From Azolla caroliniana (lineage: Eukaryota; Plantae; Polypodiophyta): a DNA stretch of 64,000 nucleotides. The stretch is from positions 20,770,001 through 20,834,000 of the forward strand of contig JBHGNT010000009.1 of the NCBI GenBank assembly GCA_043228905.1, given 5' to 3'. Below the pieces are notes generated by a model. That model was not told where the DNA came from. It saw only the letters and a program-made list of their open reading frames with translations, and did not search any database. Below are positions 38,501 through 51,592 of the stretch, one piece after another (the stretch's first letter is position 1; each line of letters opens with the position of its first letter). The translations under genes were made by a program, and so were the position numbers.

Positions 38501-41500
38501 TGCATGAAGTTTAAACGCCTAACTGTTGCAATACACATACCCATGTGAAAATAGAGTAAAGTTTTGATCATCTATACTTCTGAAGACGTAAATGGGGAAC
38601 TCCATGCCAATGCGACAACAAAAATGTTTCACTGCATCAAACTGCAATACAGGAAATCATTGATTTGAGAACTATGTGAATTGTTTTCAAATAATTATAA
38701 CAATATGTCACCAGGCCTTAACAGGAAAAGCTCAAGCATAAGCAACATTCCTACTGTATCTAATACCTGAATTACATTTTGCAGAAGGAGAAATACTTTC
38801 TTATTTTAGGGGATGAGGATCCTCCTGAAATGGATGAAAATCCTCAACATAAATTCCAAGGTATTTATTTGCAGTCTTGTCCAGTTAGATTTTAAGAAAT
38901 TTGTGTGCTGTAATGCCTTATGCCATTCAATAGTTGCACAAGAAACAATCACAATTCAAGATGATCCGATGCAGCCTGAAGCCCTCATAAGGTAAATAAT
39001 TGTACGATCGATTGGTCAAATATCTGAAATCTGTAATTCACAACTAACTAAATCATCACTTAGGGATGATAATGATGATCGAATCCCTCCACCAAATGAC
39101 TTAATCATGGAAGATATATGTCCTGAGTATCAAATTCCAGGTCATCTTCATTCTAGTAGATAATCCAATACATTACACTTTTCACTTTAAGCAGTACCAT
39201 GAAACATTCAAGCTCATAACAAGAAATAGCTGTCTAGGTTTAATTGAACAGATAATGACATTCATCCCTCACATGAATCTGCTATTTCTATCAGATGAAT
39301 TACTTCCAAACCTAAATACAACGTTAGATGAGGAGATACAACATAGCAGAATTCAAGGACTAAAGCACACAAAAGGAGATGAAGCCCCCAGATCTGTAAG
39401 CATACAATGATGATATCTTAATAAATTATAGAGTTTATAGTTCTCACATCAAAAGACTTTCAGAATAAACACTCACACTGCTCTGCTTTAGTCTGAGGGA
39501 TCACCTCAATATAGAAGGGTAAGATCGCAAAGAAAGAAACGGAAGAGACCTGTGGTAGACAGAGATTTTACTGAGGTTCCGGCGCCTGTATTCAACACAT
39601 GGCTCAAAGACACTAAGGATATCTTGGGGAATAGGCCACACAAGCCCAAGGTATATATCAATCTTGCACAGATAGTTTATTCTGAATAAACTATCACGAG
39701 AATCATAAATGTTTTGTTTTATATCTAACGCATATTTATAAATATAGGTTCTTAAGATTGATCGATCTTCAACAATTGAGAAGAATCTCCACTTCCCATC
39801 TTCTTCATTATCTTGGAGTGTACATTCTGGCACAAACTCTGTTTGGGCATCACCACTGATTGAACTTTGGAATCTATATTGTACAAGCAAGAAAGGCACA
39901 AAATCATTTGACGATCCAGAGTCTTCTGGTATGTATGATGAATTCCCTTAATGTGATGCCAAATAAGACGTTTGGAAGTACGAGAAGCATTGTACCTTAT
40001 GTTCTTTTATAATCAACAGCAGAACTTCACAGGCAGCTCAGAACCAGACAAATAATGGATACAAATGGTACAGAGATGCCCATAAATGAAGATAATGAAA
40101 TGGTAAGATAACTATCATAAGGTCTGTAAGTTGTGTTTATCGATTTCAAATTATTAGAAGACAAAAGTATAACCTAGCCCCAAGCAAATTTAGAAGTTTT
40201 CAAGAAAAACCTAACTGATAGTTATTGATATGTGCTAGATGCAAGTTATTCAAGAGCAAACAGAGGAGGCCCCAAATTATGTAGATTATGGATCAGTGGA
40301 AAAACTACGCTCTGTTCTGGACACACCAATAAAGAACTATGATAATCTCTTTGTAAATCAGATGGGACTTACACCCAGGCTTTCAGGTGGAATGGACATC
40401 ATAGAAATATGATTAGACTGCTGCGTGATCAAGAATAAACATGATATGAATTTAGTTAAATACTGTCTGATCAAGAATGAACCCTATATGAGCTCAAATT
40501 TTTCCTGGTGAAGAATGGATAATATATTAATTTAGCTAAAACGTTGCCTGATAAAAAACGAACATTATTTAAATTAACTTTAATGTTACCAGATCAAGAA
40601 TCAACGTCATAGAATTAAATTAGACTTCTCTCTGACCAGGATGTGTAAATCTAATTTAAAAGTTATAATAGTTCTGAATGAATTTTGTTCTACATAAACA
40701 GGGCAGAGTAGAATATCTAAAACATCCCTTCGAGCTGCCATGGCAACTCCAGGTTCAGGAAGGCTCTCCCTGGACAAAGATGAAGAGTTCCCTAAACATG
40801 CAACAAGGTAATAGAAATAGAATCAAATGATGATCCCCTCTTTCTGTGAATTCTGTGCATGCTATACTTTACACTTAAATCTGTGTCACCTAGCTATACT
40901 TCAATTTCAAATTTCCACTTTCCTGTATGAAAGTTTTTCAAATAGGAAATCATATGAAGATTAATTATTATTATTTTATCATATTCTCAACTTCCTTGTA
41001 TATGTACTACAAACAGCACAAGGAGGTCCAGCAGCAGCGGAATGAATATGTCACCGAGGTTTGATCTACAAAAAGATGACTATCTCAAAGAGACAATTAC
41101 TGAAAATTTTGAGGTTGCCTGTGGAGATGGAGGCGTCCTAGGGTCAGCTCTAAGTCAATTTGGTAACACATTATAATCATTTATTTGGAATGCCCTGATT
41201 CTTATTTAAATGATAAATTGTAGTAATTTTTCCACTATGTTCTTGCACATCATGCCAATTAGGAGATGACAAATGACGTTGCATAAGCTGCATCTATCTC
41301 AAAGAGTTTCCCCAAAGATACGACTTCACATTGCATATGTTCGGCCAATTAGGAGATGACATATGACATTGCATAAGCTGCATCTATCTCAAAGAGTTTC
41401 CCCAAAGATGCGACTTCACATTTTTCCACTATGTTCTTGCACATCATGCCAGTTAGGAGATGACATATAAAGTTGCATAAGCTGCATCTATCTCAAAGAG

Positions 41501-43534
41501 TTTCCACATAAAAAAATGTACCTAAAGAACATCATAATGCTGAAAATTATGGTGGAAAAGTGGGTCTTTCCCACATTGGAAAAACATAAACTCGGAATTT
41601 AGCACTTCAAAAGCTCAGAATCTATGGAAACGCGAAGAAAAGAGGACTCCTCAAATAAAAAAATGTAACTTCATCATGTTGAACTTTGTATGGAAACATG
41701 AGTAAAAACTGAGATATTGCCCATTTGTGAGAATGCCATTAGCTCTTAATGGTGTTCATAAGGCTAGAAAAGTGGATGCTTTCCTAGTTTAAAGTGCTAA
41801 AAACTACCTTTGGTATTCTGTGTCACAGTGTTGGAGGAGACGTGGCCCTCTCAAGGTGTACTTGCTCGTAACTCACCACAGCAAGGGAGCAATATTAACA
41901 CAGTCACTACTTCATTGCTGGAGTGAGCATTCTATAGGAAGGAAATATAGTTCTGATAGATAGATAGATAAGATGAAGATGAAGACGAAGACGAAGATGA
42001 AGATGAAACTGTATCGGCATATCTTATGTAGGTGTGTGTGAATCCGCATGAATATAGATACACAACACACATAAGATATGCATCTATTATTCATGTTTAT
42101 CTTCAACTTCATCTTCATAACTATGTATGTATGCAGGTACATGTACCACAGTTTCATCTTCATCTTCATCTTCGTGAATAAGTCAAGGAAGTAATATATT
42201 GCATTAATGTATATTGTGTTTTATTTGCAGGATTGTGCGTGAACGCTTCAACCAGCAACATAATCCCAAAGGCAGCATCTCCTCAACTGATCTCATGGTG
42301 GGCTTGGGCAGGTCCAACGCAGCCAAGCTATTCTACCAAATCTGTGGTAAAAAATAAAACGAAATGCATACATAAAAATTGAGTAGCCTTATATATAGCA
42401 AAAGAAATAGAGAAGAAAAAACAACCAAAAAACTCTCCGAAACTTGTTGAGTGTTTACATGAATAACCGGTTAGGGTCCAATCTTGGTCATTCGAGGAAA
42501 CTTAAGTGTATTTAAAATTCTTGTATGTGGAGTATTTCTGGTGGTGTTTTCTTTAAGAAATGCAGGGGTATTCTGGGTGCTCATTTTTATTAAGAAATGG
42601 AGGGGTATTTTTGTGAAAATATACAAGTCTAATGACACCATAAAACCTTTACCATATAAAGACGTGAAATTTGTTTTGATAAGCTCCACTTAGAAATATG
42701 GAGTTTTACTTAGAAATTAGAAAGGAAAAGAAGAGAGCAGTTTTCTATTGGGTTTTAGTTAGATGTTATAAATTGTTGAGGGTGATATCAATTGAGAATC
42801 TTCGAATCGACGATTGATCTCACCTTCGCCACATTTTCATTGCTTTGTTTCAACTTGTGCATGTTTTAGTTTGGACTCGACAAGATGAACAAAAAGTAGT
42901 TTGGCAATTCAATATGAACCAAGCCTTAGTTGTATATTTTGAGATTCTTTTTTTATTGTTTGTTCATCAGCCAAATTTCCTTCTCATCCATGAATTAATA
43001 GCCATTTATGAAAACACACCATGAATCAATAGCGACAAACCAAGTCATAGTGCCGTAGTTAGGGAAATTTACTTTATTAATCGCCCATCAACCAAATTTC
43101 CTTTTCATCCAAGAAATAGTAGGCTTTTACAAAAACATTCAAGGAATTTAAAACTATTTTGTGGAAATTTTGTTAAATTTCCAAGATGTTGTTCAGTGAA
43201 CAGAAATCATGTCTTCATTTGAATTTGTAGAAATTTAGTAGCTTTAGAGAGACACTCTTTATTAAAACATGAAAACATGCAATCTTCTTAATAGAATTTA
43301 CACTTTTAAGGATTTTACATTAATCTACAAAAATGTAGAGTGATATAAACATCCTTTTGTGTTTCCATGTTTAACATACTTAATAATTGTCATTATGGCA
43401 TCCAATCACTTACTTACTAACTATTAATCTTGTTTTCTTTGGATATTATAGTTATGGCATCTAATCGATTTGTAAGTGTGGAACAAGAGACTCCATACGG
43501 ACCCATCCTAATGAAGAGGGGTGCATATTTATGA
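35587..43534 (+). CDS. REC8: Meiotic cohesin kleisin REC8/SYN1, 20 coding exons
   Basis: N-terminus MFYSNQLLSRKGPFAQIWIAATMHAKINRRK...EQILNPVVPLALRLSGILMGGVVLIYDRKVK; C-terminus AAKLFYQICVMASNRFVSVEQETPYGPILM. Exons: 35587-35639, 35888-35956, 36084-36142, 36240-36284, 36383-36402, 36514-36587, 36673-36775, 38785-38860, 38934-38991, 39064-39139, 39295-39395, 39492-39650, 39748-39928, 40020-40102, 40239-40386, 40702-40807, 41017-41162, 41829-41922, 42231-42346, 43452-43534. Middle exons are less certain. A 5' UTR exon probably ends near 34023. Confidence 0.9.
41227..41507. repeat. ~3 copies of a 90-105-bp unit in a REC8 intron
   Basis: TTAGGAGATGACA...TTGCATAAGCTGCATCTATCTCAAAGAGTTTCC occurs three times. 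Confidence 0.85.
41971..42173. repeat. Nested inverted repeat in a REC8 intron
   Basis: (GATGAA)n-ACTGT pairs with ACAGT-(TTCATC)n; inner pair GCATATCTTATGT / ACATAAGATATGC. Confidence 0.7.
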
Positions 43535-46397
43535 TTAATTACCATACTTTGCTACTTGACCCCATCCCCCTATGGTGGTTTTGAACTCTATAATACATGA
43601 TAAAGGAGTGTAGAATGTCTTATAGTGTCTCAATTATAAAATATTAGGTAGATGAAGCGGTGAACAAGCTCCTTTAGTAAGGGTTAATCTATTAGAGAAA
43701 TGTATTACTACTTAAATATTTAATATGCGCAATAATACCAAGCGAATTTCATCACATATATATTTTCGAAATAATTTACAAAGTTTTGGTTGTTATAGAA
43801 TTAAAGTGTGATTAATTAGAAGACACTTTCAATCCATGAGTATCATCGATATGATTAAGGGACATAAATAATTAAAAATTTGCATACTTATTCATAAATA
43901 TCTTGGGTGTTATGAAATGTAGTGACTCTAAAATCATAGTTTTTGCTTGCAATTGATTAATGACATATACAATGAAAATGAGAATATTTTGCATAAAATT
44001 ATTAAGCATAACATTATTTGATTAACATTTTCACTACTTTCCCTTTACACCAGAAAGAGTTATGGTTTTCATTAGAATAAAAAATAATTTTGCATAAAAT
44101 TATTTGATTAACATTTTCACAACTTTCTCTTAACATGAGGGGAGTTATATGGTTTTCATTAGTATTTTATCGTAAGGGTTAATATTATTGAGGATTGGTT
44201 TTAGCTCCATGTTTCACTATGCAGTTAGGGATGAATATCAAGTTGCTTGATTCATGTAAATTTAGTATTAGCAAGTTAAAACTCGTAATAGGCATTTGGT
44301 GAATGCAAGCAACCATTTTCACAACATAACTAGTTGTTTTGAGCCCACTCCTCTCATCCATATTTAGATGTCATACTAATCTCCATAGATAGGTATATTT
44401 TCAACATCCATGGGAAATCCATATGAATATTTTTAACGTCTAGGGGACAAGACCTAGCCTACGATGGTGACATGGAGCACAGAGCATGGCTGAGAAAATG
44501 ACAAAGGCCCATGTAGCTACGACAGTGGGAGGATCTCGTGAATCGTTTCCCGTTTTTCAACCTGTTGTGGGGCTGATGATCGAGCTTAAGCTATCAGAGC
44601 AAGAACAAGTACATATGAGAGAAGAGATCCACCAGATTGCAACAAATTTCTCTAATTATACAAGTTTTAGGTCTCCGGCCAAATCGTCAAGGGTTGAGGT
44701 ACTTGCTACAGGCTCGATTGCAGGCTGAATTTGGTCGTATTGAAGATGTGCAATTTATAGGAAGATGCTATTATCATGTCGAGTTTCAAGATGAGGCACT
44801 TGTCCAGGTATTACTTAGTATGAAATTTGTTGATATACGAGGAGCATGGGTTAAATTTTAAGAATGGAAACATGGTTTTGATCCTATAAGAGAGACCCAA
44901 CATGATTTTTTAGTTCTAATTGCGAGTTTTCCGGGATTGCCTAAGGAATGCCATCATCTGTTGCATCAATTAGGGGGTTTAATTGGAGTTGTATTAAATG
45001 CCTATATACATAACAAAGACAGACAAATATTTGGAATACCAACAATTAAATTATTATGTACTAGTGGAAAACCGTTGCCGGAATATGTGAAATTACCTTG
45101 TTTGGAAAATGGGGGATGTGGAAAGAGACAAAAAAAATTATATGTTAGGTTACCAAATCAATGTTTTTTATTTAAAATAATGGGACATTTAAGTAAGGAA
45201 TGTTCCATGGCAAGGAAAGGGCGGATACATGTTGTAAATGATGAGCCACAAACAAGTGTTGGCGGCTCTTGGGTTCAAGTTGCCAAAAGACACATGATAA
45301 AAAAACAAGTCATGATAAATTCAAATGGCAACCTAAGGATAATATACACAATTTGTTAACCAACGTAGAAGATGGACAAACTCAAATGATTGAAGATTTG
45401 GGAAATATGGAAGTACCTAGCAATAGGCGTCCTTGCAAGGAGATTGTGGATGGAATACAATCAAGACCAGATGATCCTAAACTTGACGTTCAGGTATATA
45501 TTAAAGAACATTAGGAAGGATGTAGTTGTGAAATGGTTTTATATGCTGAGAATGCTATCGTTCCGATTAATGTAACAGAAACAATGAATGGACAAGCGAT
45601 TGTAGGGGAACTACATAGTTGACATTGGAACCTTGCCTTCATTTGAAGGGAGGTGGACAAGATCCATGTCCAAGCATTTGCCGAAGGATCATAATCCTTT
45701 CATGAAGGATGTTAATGATTGGCGAACTTCCACGAAATCATTAGTTGAACATTTTCAAGGAAGTGAGAGTAAGATTTCCACTCAGAGAGTACATAAGCAT
45801 ACTAATGCATTTAGTAAATATCACATCTCTTTTAGAAGAATGATTAAGTCTCAAGATATGTCTCAAGCATACAGGAATCGATGTTTGAAAGAAAAAATAT
45901 TATTGTCTAAATTTGTGTAAATATGAAGATTATTTCTTGGAGTGTCCAGGGTCTTGGGGGATCCTTATGTAAACAATATAAACGAAGATTTCAACAAGAG
46001 TTGCATAAATGTATAATAAATTGGGCAAGTGGACATAGTGATGTTACAAGAACATCATCTAAATGAAAGGCGTATTAAAGTCTATGGTTCATTACTGCCT
46101 GGAAACTGGGAAATGTTGTGGGTTCCTACATATGGATCAACACAACTTCAAGGTGGATTATGTATGGTAAAGATGTTGGATGTAGGAAATTTGTTGTTAG
46201 GAAGAGCACAATATGTTATCTTGAAATTTCCTAATAAAAAAGTTGGCTTTCTAAATTTGTATGCTCCTAATTCTTCTAGAGAACGATTAAAGATGTGGGT
46301 TGAATTGGATAGTTCATTGCCATTTGTAGATCATTGATGTATAGCAGGAGACTTTAATATGATTGAGGATCTTGAGGATAGGAGTGGTGAAGGTAGA

Positions 46398-46822
46398 TGT
46401 TAAGAATTAGGTGATTAAGTATGGGTTAATTAGTACCTAATTATGTGATTAAGTTGATAAGCGGAAGATTAAGTGATATGTGTGTGAGAGGAAGAGAGAG
46501 AGAGAGGAAGTTAACACTTATGAACAACACAAGATGGGGGATGAGTAACTATATTAAATTAGCATTATCATCATCAAATACAAAAATACCCACAATGAGG
46601 TATATATAGATCTCATGTGCAAGGGTGCACATGTGTGAGGAGAATATAGGTACAAGGGTGCAAGTCCTATATTAAATGTACTTAGGGGTGGAGGATCTAG
46701 AATATCCCACTTAAGTACAAGGTCCTATTTAAGGCGTTGTAGTCAACACTTCTAACTAGATTCTATCTAGGTAACTACGAAGTTACATGGTTGACTAACT
46801 AACTAAACTAAGTTGACCTTCA
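46398..46822. mobile_element. Solo-LTR-like insertion in the L1 endonuclease
   Basis: Starts TGTTAAG and ends ...CA; interrupts EN between DRSGEGR and VHGLDLSAW. TSD not recognisable. Confidence 0.5.
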
Positions 46823-47513
46823 ATAGTGCATGGTTTAGATTTATCCGCATGGGAAAAATTTACTATAAGTAGAAGGTTGTTGGATGTTTGACATTTACCA
46901 TCATTTGGAAAATTGCATAATTCTTTAATGTTTTCTAGGTCTGATAGAAGATTAAATGGGGCAAATCTGTCAAGAATTGATAGGATTTATGTTGATGATT
47001 TATTTGTTGAGGTAGGAGGGTGTGTTGGCATTTATCTAGGTATGACTTTCTCCTATCATGTCCCAGTTGTATTACAACTTGATGATGGGAAAAATTGTTG
47101 TCGTGACGTGGCGTGCCCGAGTGTGGGAAAAATCAGGTGATAGGGGGTCGCAATGTGTATGTGCAATGTGTATGCAGGCAAGTAGTTGTGCAGATGCAAA
47201 AGAAAAGGGAAAAGGAAGGGTGCAAAGGAGGTATAGAAACTCGTGTAAGAGAGAGGAGAGATAAAAAGTAAGAGAGAGAAGAGGTTAAAAGTAGAGAGGA
47301 GATAAACTATCCATTTTTAGATTAATAGGATTATATTATAATAGAGAGTTAATAGGCTAGTGGATACATATTGATTCCTGTTGAGCGGCAAGCTCAACTG
47401 GAGCCGGATCGGCTGAATAAGCCTGAGCCGGCAAGCGAGACGGATCGGTAAGCTAGCAAGTAACAGAGCCGGTGAGCTGGGGAGCCGGTTAGCCGGGTCC
47501 AATCGGTAACCGG

Positions 47514-50500
47514 TGTCACGGACACACCAAGCGTGGACTAAGACGGAGCAAGGATGATGAGGCTACAACGGAGCGATGACGGAATGACGCAAGAGCATAA
47601 AGATAGAGATGAAGATTAAGGAGAGAAGATGGGCAAAACGAGAATACTAGTTTGATATGTCCATGACTGGCGTTGTTCACCTTGAATTCCTTCAAGTTGA
47701 ACTCAACTATTTATACTAAGTGGCATGTGTACCTGTTGCACGCATGTGATACAATAGAGCATGTAGGCAGTAGGTACGCATGCATGTGCCAAGTGTTAAT
47801 AATACAAGGGAGAAACTATGCACATGACGCTAGCTAAAACCTACAATGAGGAAGTATATACATGATTATATGCTAGATGTGTGGTTAACACATAACACTC
47901 GATTACAACATGGTTATGTCAAGAGTTCGAATCTTGACGTTATCCCCCCTCCAACGATGTCTTCCCAAATCGTTTGTCGGCTTAAGGGGATATTGTTGAT
48001 GAAAATCTTAGATCACTTCCAAAGTATTTTGTAAACCCTAGACAAGGAGTAACCCTTCCACAAGACGAGGTATTTAACACCAACGGGCATGAGCGACCAT
48101 GTGTGGTCCTCGCCTAGAACTGGAACACAAATATCAACGGGTGTGAGTGACCATGTGCAGTCCTCATGGGGAGCATGAACACCAAGGGGCATGAGTAACC
48201 ATGTGGGGTCCTTGCCGAGAATTGGAATGGTCCTCGCTGAGAGTTGGAACACGAACACCAACGGGCATGAGCAACCATGTTGTCCTCACCGAGAAATGGA
48301 ACACAAACGAGTGAGCAACCGTGTGGCCCTCACCGAGAACAGGAACACGAACGGGAGTAATCGACCATGTGTGGTCCTCACCGGGAACTAGAACAGGAAC
48401 AACAACAGGCATGAGGAACCATGTCGGTCCTCACCGAGATCTGGAACACAAACAATAGTTGGAGTGAGTGACCATGTGTGGTCCTCACCGGAGATTGGAA
48501 CACAAACACCAACAGGCATGAGAGACCATGTTGGTCCTCGCCGAGAGTTGGAACACAAACATGAGCGACCATGTGTGGTCCTCACCGAGAACTAGAACAT
48601 GAGCCGCAATGGGCATGAGCGACCATGTCGGTCCTCGCCGGGATGTGGAACATGAAAAATAACTGGAGTGAGCGACCATATGCGGTCCTCACTGGAGACT
48701 GGAACACGAACGGGAGTGAGCGACCATGCGGCCCTCACCAGGCACAAGAACACGAATGGGTGTGAGCGACCATGCGGCCCTCACCGGGAACTCAAACACA
48801 AACGTGCGTGAGCGACCATGCAGCCCTCACCGGGAACTCGAACACGAACAGGCGTGAGCGACCATGCGGCCCTCACCGGGAACTGGAACACGAACACCAA
48901 CGGGAGTGAGCGGCCTTGTGTGGCCCTCACCAGGAACTAGAACACGAACACGAACGGGAAAGAAACTAAAAAATAGAGACAATGATGAGGAGAACTAAAA
49001 GCCAATGAAAATTATGAGAAAAAACTAGGAGATAGAAACGACGAGAAATGAAGTGATGTTGAAGGAATTCAAGGTGAACAAACTATCACGGGCAATGACG
49101 GAATGACACAAGAGAATGAAGATCAAGGAGAGAAGATGGGCAAAATGAGAATACTAGATTGATATGTCCATGACTGGTGTTGTTCACCTTGAATTCCTTC
49201 AAGGTGAACTGAACTATTTATACTAAGTGGCATGCATACCTGTTGCACACATGTGATACAATAGAGCATGTAGGCAGTAGGTACGCATGCATGTGCCAAG
49301 TGTTAATAATACAAGGGAGAAATTATGCACATGATGCTAGCTAAAACCTACAATGAGGAAGTATATACATGATTATATGCTAGATGTGTGGTTAACACAT
49401 AACACTCGATTATAACATGGTCATGTCAAGAGTTAGAATCTTGACATTATCCCCCCTTCAACGATGCCTTCCCAAATCGTTTGTCGGCGTAAGGGGATAT
49501 TGTTGATGAAAATCTTAGATCACCTCCAAAGTATTTTGTAAATCCTAGACAAGGAGTAACCCTTCCACAAGACGAGGTATTTAACACCAACGGGCATGAG
49601 CGACCATGTGTGGTCCTCACCTAGAACTGGAACACAAATATCAACGGGTGTGAGCGACCATGTGCGGTCCTCACGGGGAGCATGAACACCAAGGGGCATG
49701 AGTAACCATGTGAGGTCCTTGCCGGGAACTGGAACGGTCCACGTTGAGAGTTGGAACACGAACACCAACGGGCGTGAGCAACCATGTTGTCCTCACCGAG
49801 AAATGGAACACGAACGAGTGAGTGACCATGTGGCCCTCAGCGGGAACAAGAACACGAATGGGAGTAATCGACCATGTGCGGTCCTCACCGGGAACTGGAA
49901 CATGAACAACGGGCATGAGCGACCATGTCGGTCCTCATCGGGATCTGGAACACGAACAATAGTTGGAGTGAGCGGCCATGTGCGGTCCTCTCCGGAGACT
50001 AGAACACAAACGGGAGTGAGCGGCCATGTGCGGCCCTCATTGGGAACATGAACACGAATGGGAGTGAGCGGCAATGTGCGGCCCTCACCGGGAACAAGAA
50101 TACAAATGGGCGTGAGCGACCATGCGGCCCTCACCAGGAATTGGAACACGAACGGGCGTGAGTGACCATGCGGCCCTCACCGGGAACTCGAACACAAACG
50201 TGTGTGAGCGACCATGCGGCCCTCACCGATAACTAGAACACGAACACGAACGGGAGTGAGCGGCCATGTGTGGCCCTCATCGGGAACTCGAACACGAACG
50301 GGCGTGAGCGACCATGCGGCCCTCACTGGGAACTCGAACACGAACGGGCGTGAGCGACCATGCGGCCTTCACCGGGAACTCGAACACGAACGGGCGTGAG
50401 CGACCATGCGGCCCTCACCAGGAACTGGAACACGAACACCAACGGGAGTGAGCGACCTTGTGCGGCCCTCACTGGGAACTAGAACACGAACACGAACATG

Positions 50501-51077
50501 AAAGAAACTAAAACATAGAGACAATGATGAGGAGAAACTAAAAAATAGAGACAATGAAGCAATGTTGATGATGGTACGGTGACGATGGTAACTCTAGAAG
50601 CAAGGGCGATGACGAAGAAGGGTGATGCTTCTAGTTGGAAGGTAAACAAACTGTCACGGACACACCAAGCGCGGACTAAGACAGAGCAAGGATGATGAGG
50701 CTACAACGGAGCGATGGCGGAATGACGCAAGAGCATAAAGATAGAGATGAAGATTAAGAAGAGAAGATGGGCGAAACGAGAATACTAGTTTGATATGTCC
50801 ATGACTGGCGTTGTTCACCTTGAATTCCTTCAAGGTGAACTCAACTATTTATACTAAGTGGCATGCATACCTGTTGCACGCATGTGATACAATAGAGCAT
50901 GTAGGCAGTAGGTACGCATGCATGTGCCAAGTGTTAATAATACAAGGGAGAAATTATGCACATGATGCTAGCTAAAACCTACAATGAGGAAGTATATACA
51001 TGATTATATGCTAGATGTGTGGTTAACACATAACACTCGATTACAACATGGTTATGTCAAGAGTTCGAATCTTGACA
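47514..51077 (-). mobile_element. Non-coding three-LTR tandem element (TRIM/LARD-like) inserted in the copia 5' LTR
   Basis: TSD ACCGG at 47509-47513 and 51078-51082. LTRs at 47514-47939, 49084-49446 (internally deleted) and 50652-51077. PPT GGAGGGGGGATAA on the minus strand. Two internal units made mostly of 40-50-bp minisatellite (GAGCGACCATG..GGCCCTCACCGGGAACT.GAACACGAAC). Confidence 0.92.
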
Positions 51078-51258
51078 ACCGGAAGCCTAGTATTAGTTTA
51101 GACTACTAGGCAATTATAGTCTCGTAGTAAGTGTTAGAAGCTCGTGTGAGCATTCACGTACGCGGTACTTCTGTCAGTCCCATGAGGACTTGTATAAATA
51201 GTGCTACTGAGCACAATTTTAAGTACAGAGTGTTTTATATATTTTTGAATATAGCTTT

Positions 51259-51592
51259 GAAGCAGAAAATCAAAGAAGAACCAAACGCCCTTGGATGCCG
51301 GGTTTCAAAGCAACTCTAAGGGAACGCGAACTACACCGCCTAGAAGCCATGGCTAGGGCACTCTATGCATCGGGACCATGGGTCACACCCACACCAAAAA
51401 ATTTTGACCTCCCACTTCTTTTTGAGAGACTTGGGTGGAAATGAGATTAGGCTTAGTGCAAAGTTTTGTACACTACTAGAACTTTCTTAGCTTAAGCTAT
51501 TTTCTTTTATTTTAGTTTTGATGATTGGATAAACACTCATTTTTGTTGTAACCCAATTGTCTCATGGGCCAAATTTAGCCTTAGAAGACGTT
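51259..51592. other. ~330-bp unidentified insertion in the copia 5' LTR
   Basis: Absent from the 3' LTR; flanked by AATATAGCTTT / AATATATCTTT (possible 11-bp TSD with one mismatch). Confidence 0.6.

Noticed and set aside
43985-44165. Short local duplications (also ~31800-31910, 34415-34590, 40420-40640)
   Set aside because: Ordinary AT-rich slippage duplications with no further structure.
47514-51077. Retrozyme (hammerhead-bearing LTR element) or protein-coding internal ORFs
   Set aside because: No CTGANGA...GAAA hammerhead core recognised in the LTRs; the internal ORFs are repeat translations in several frames.
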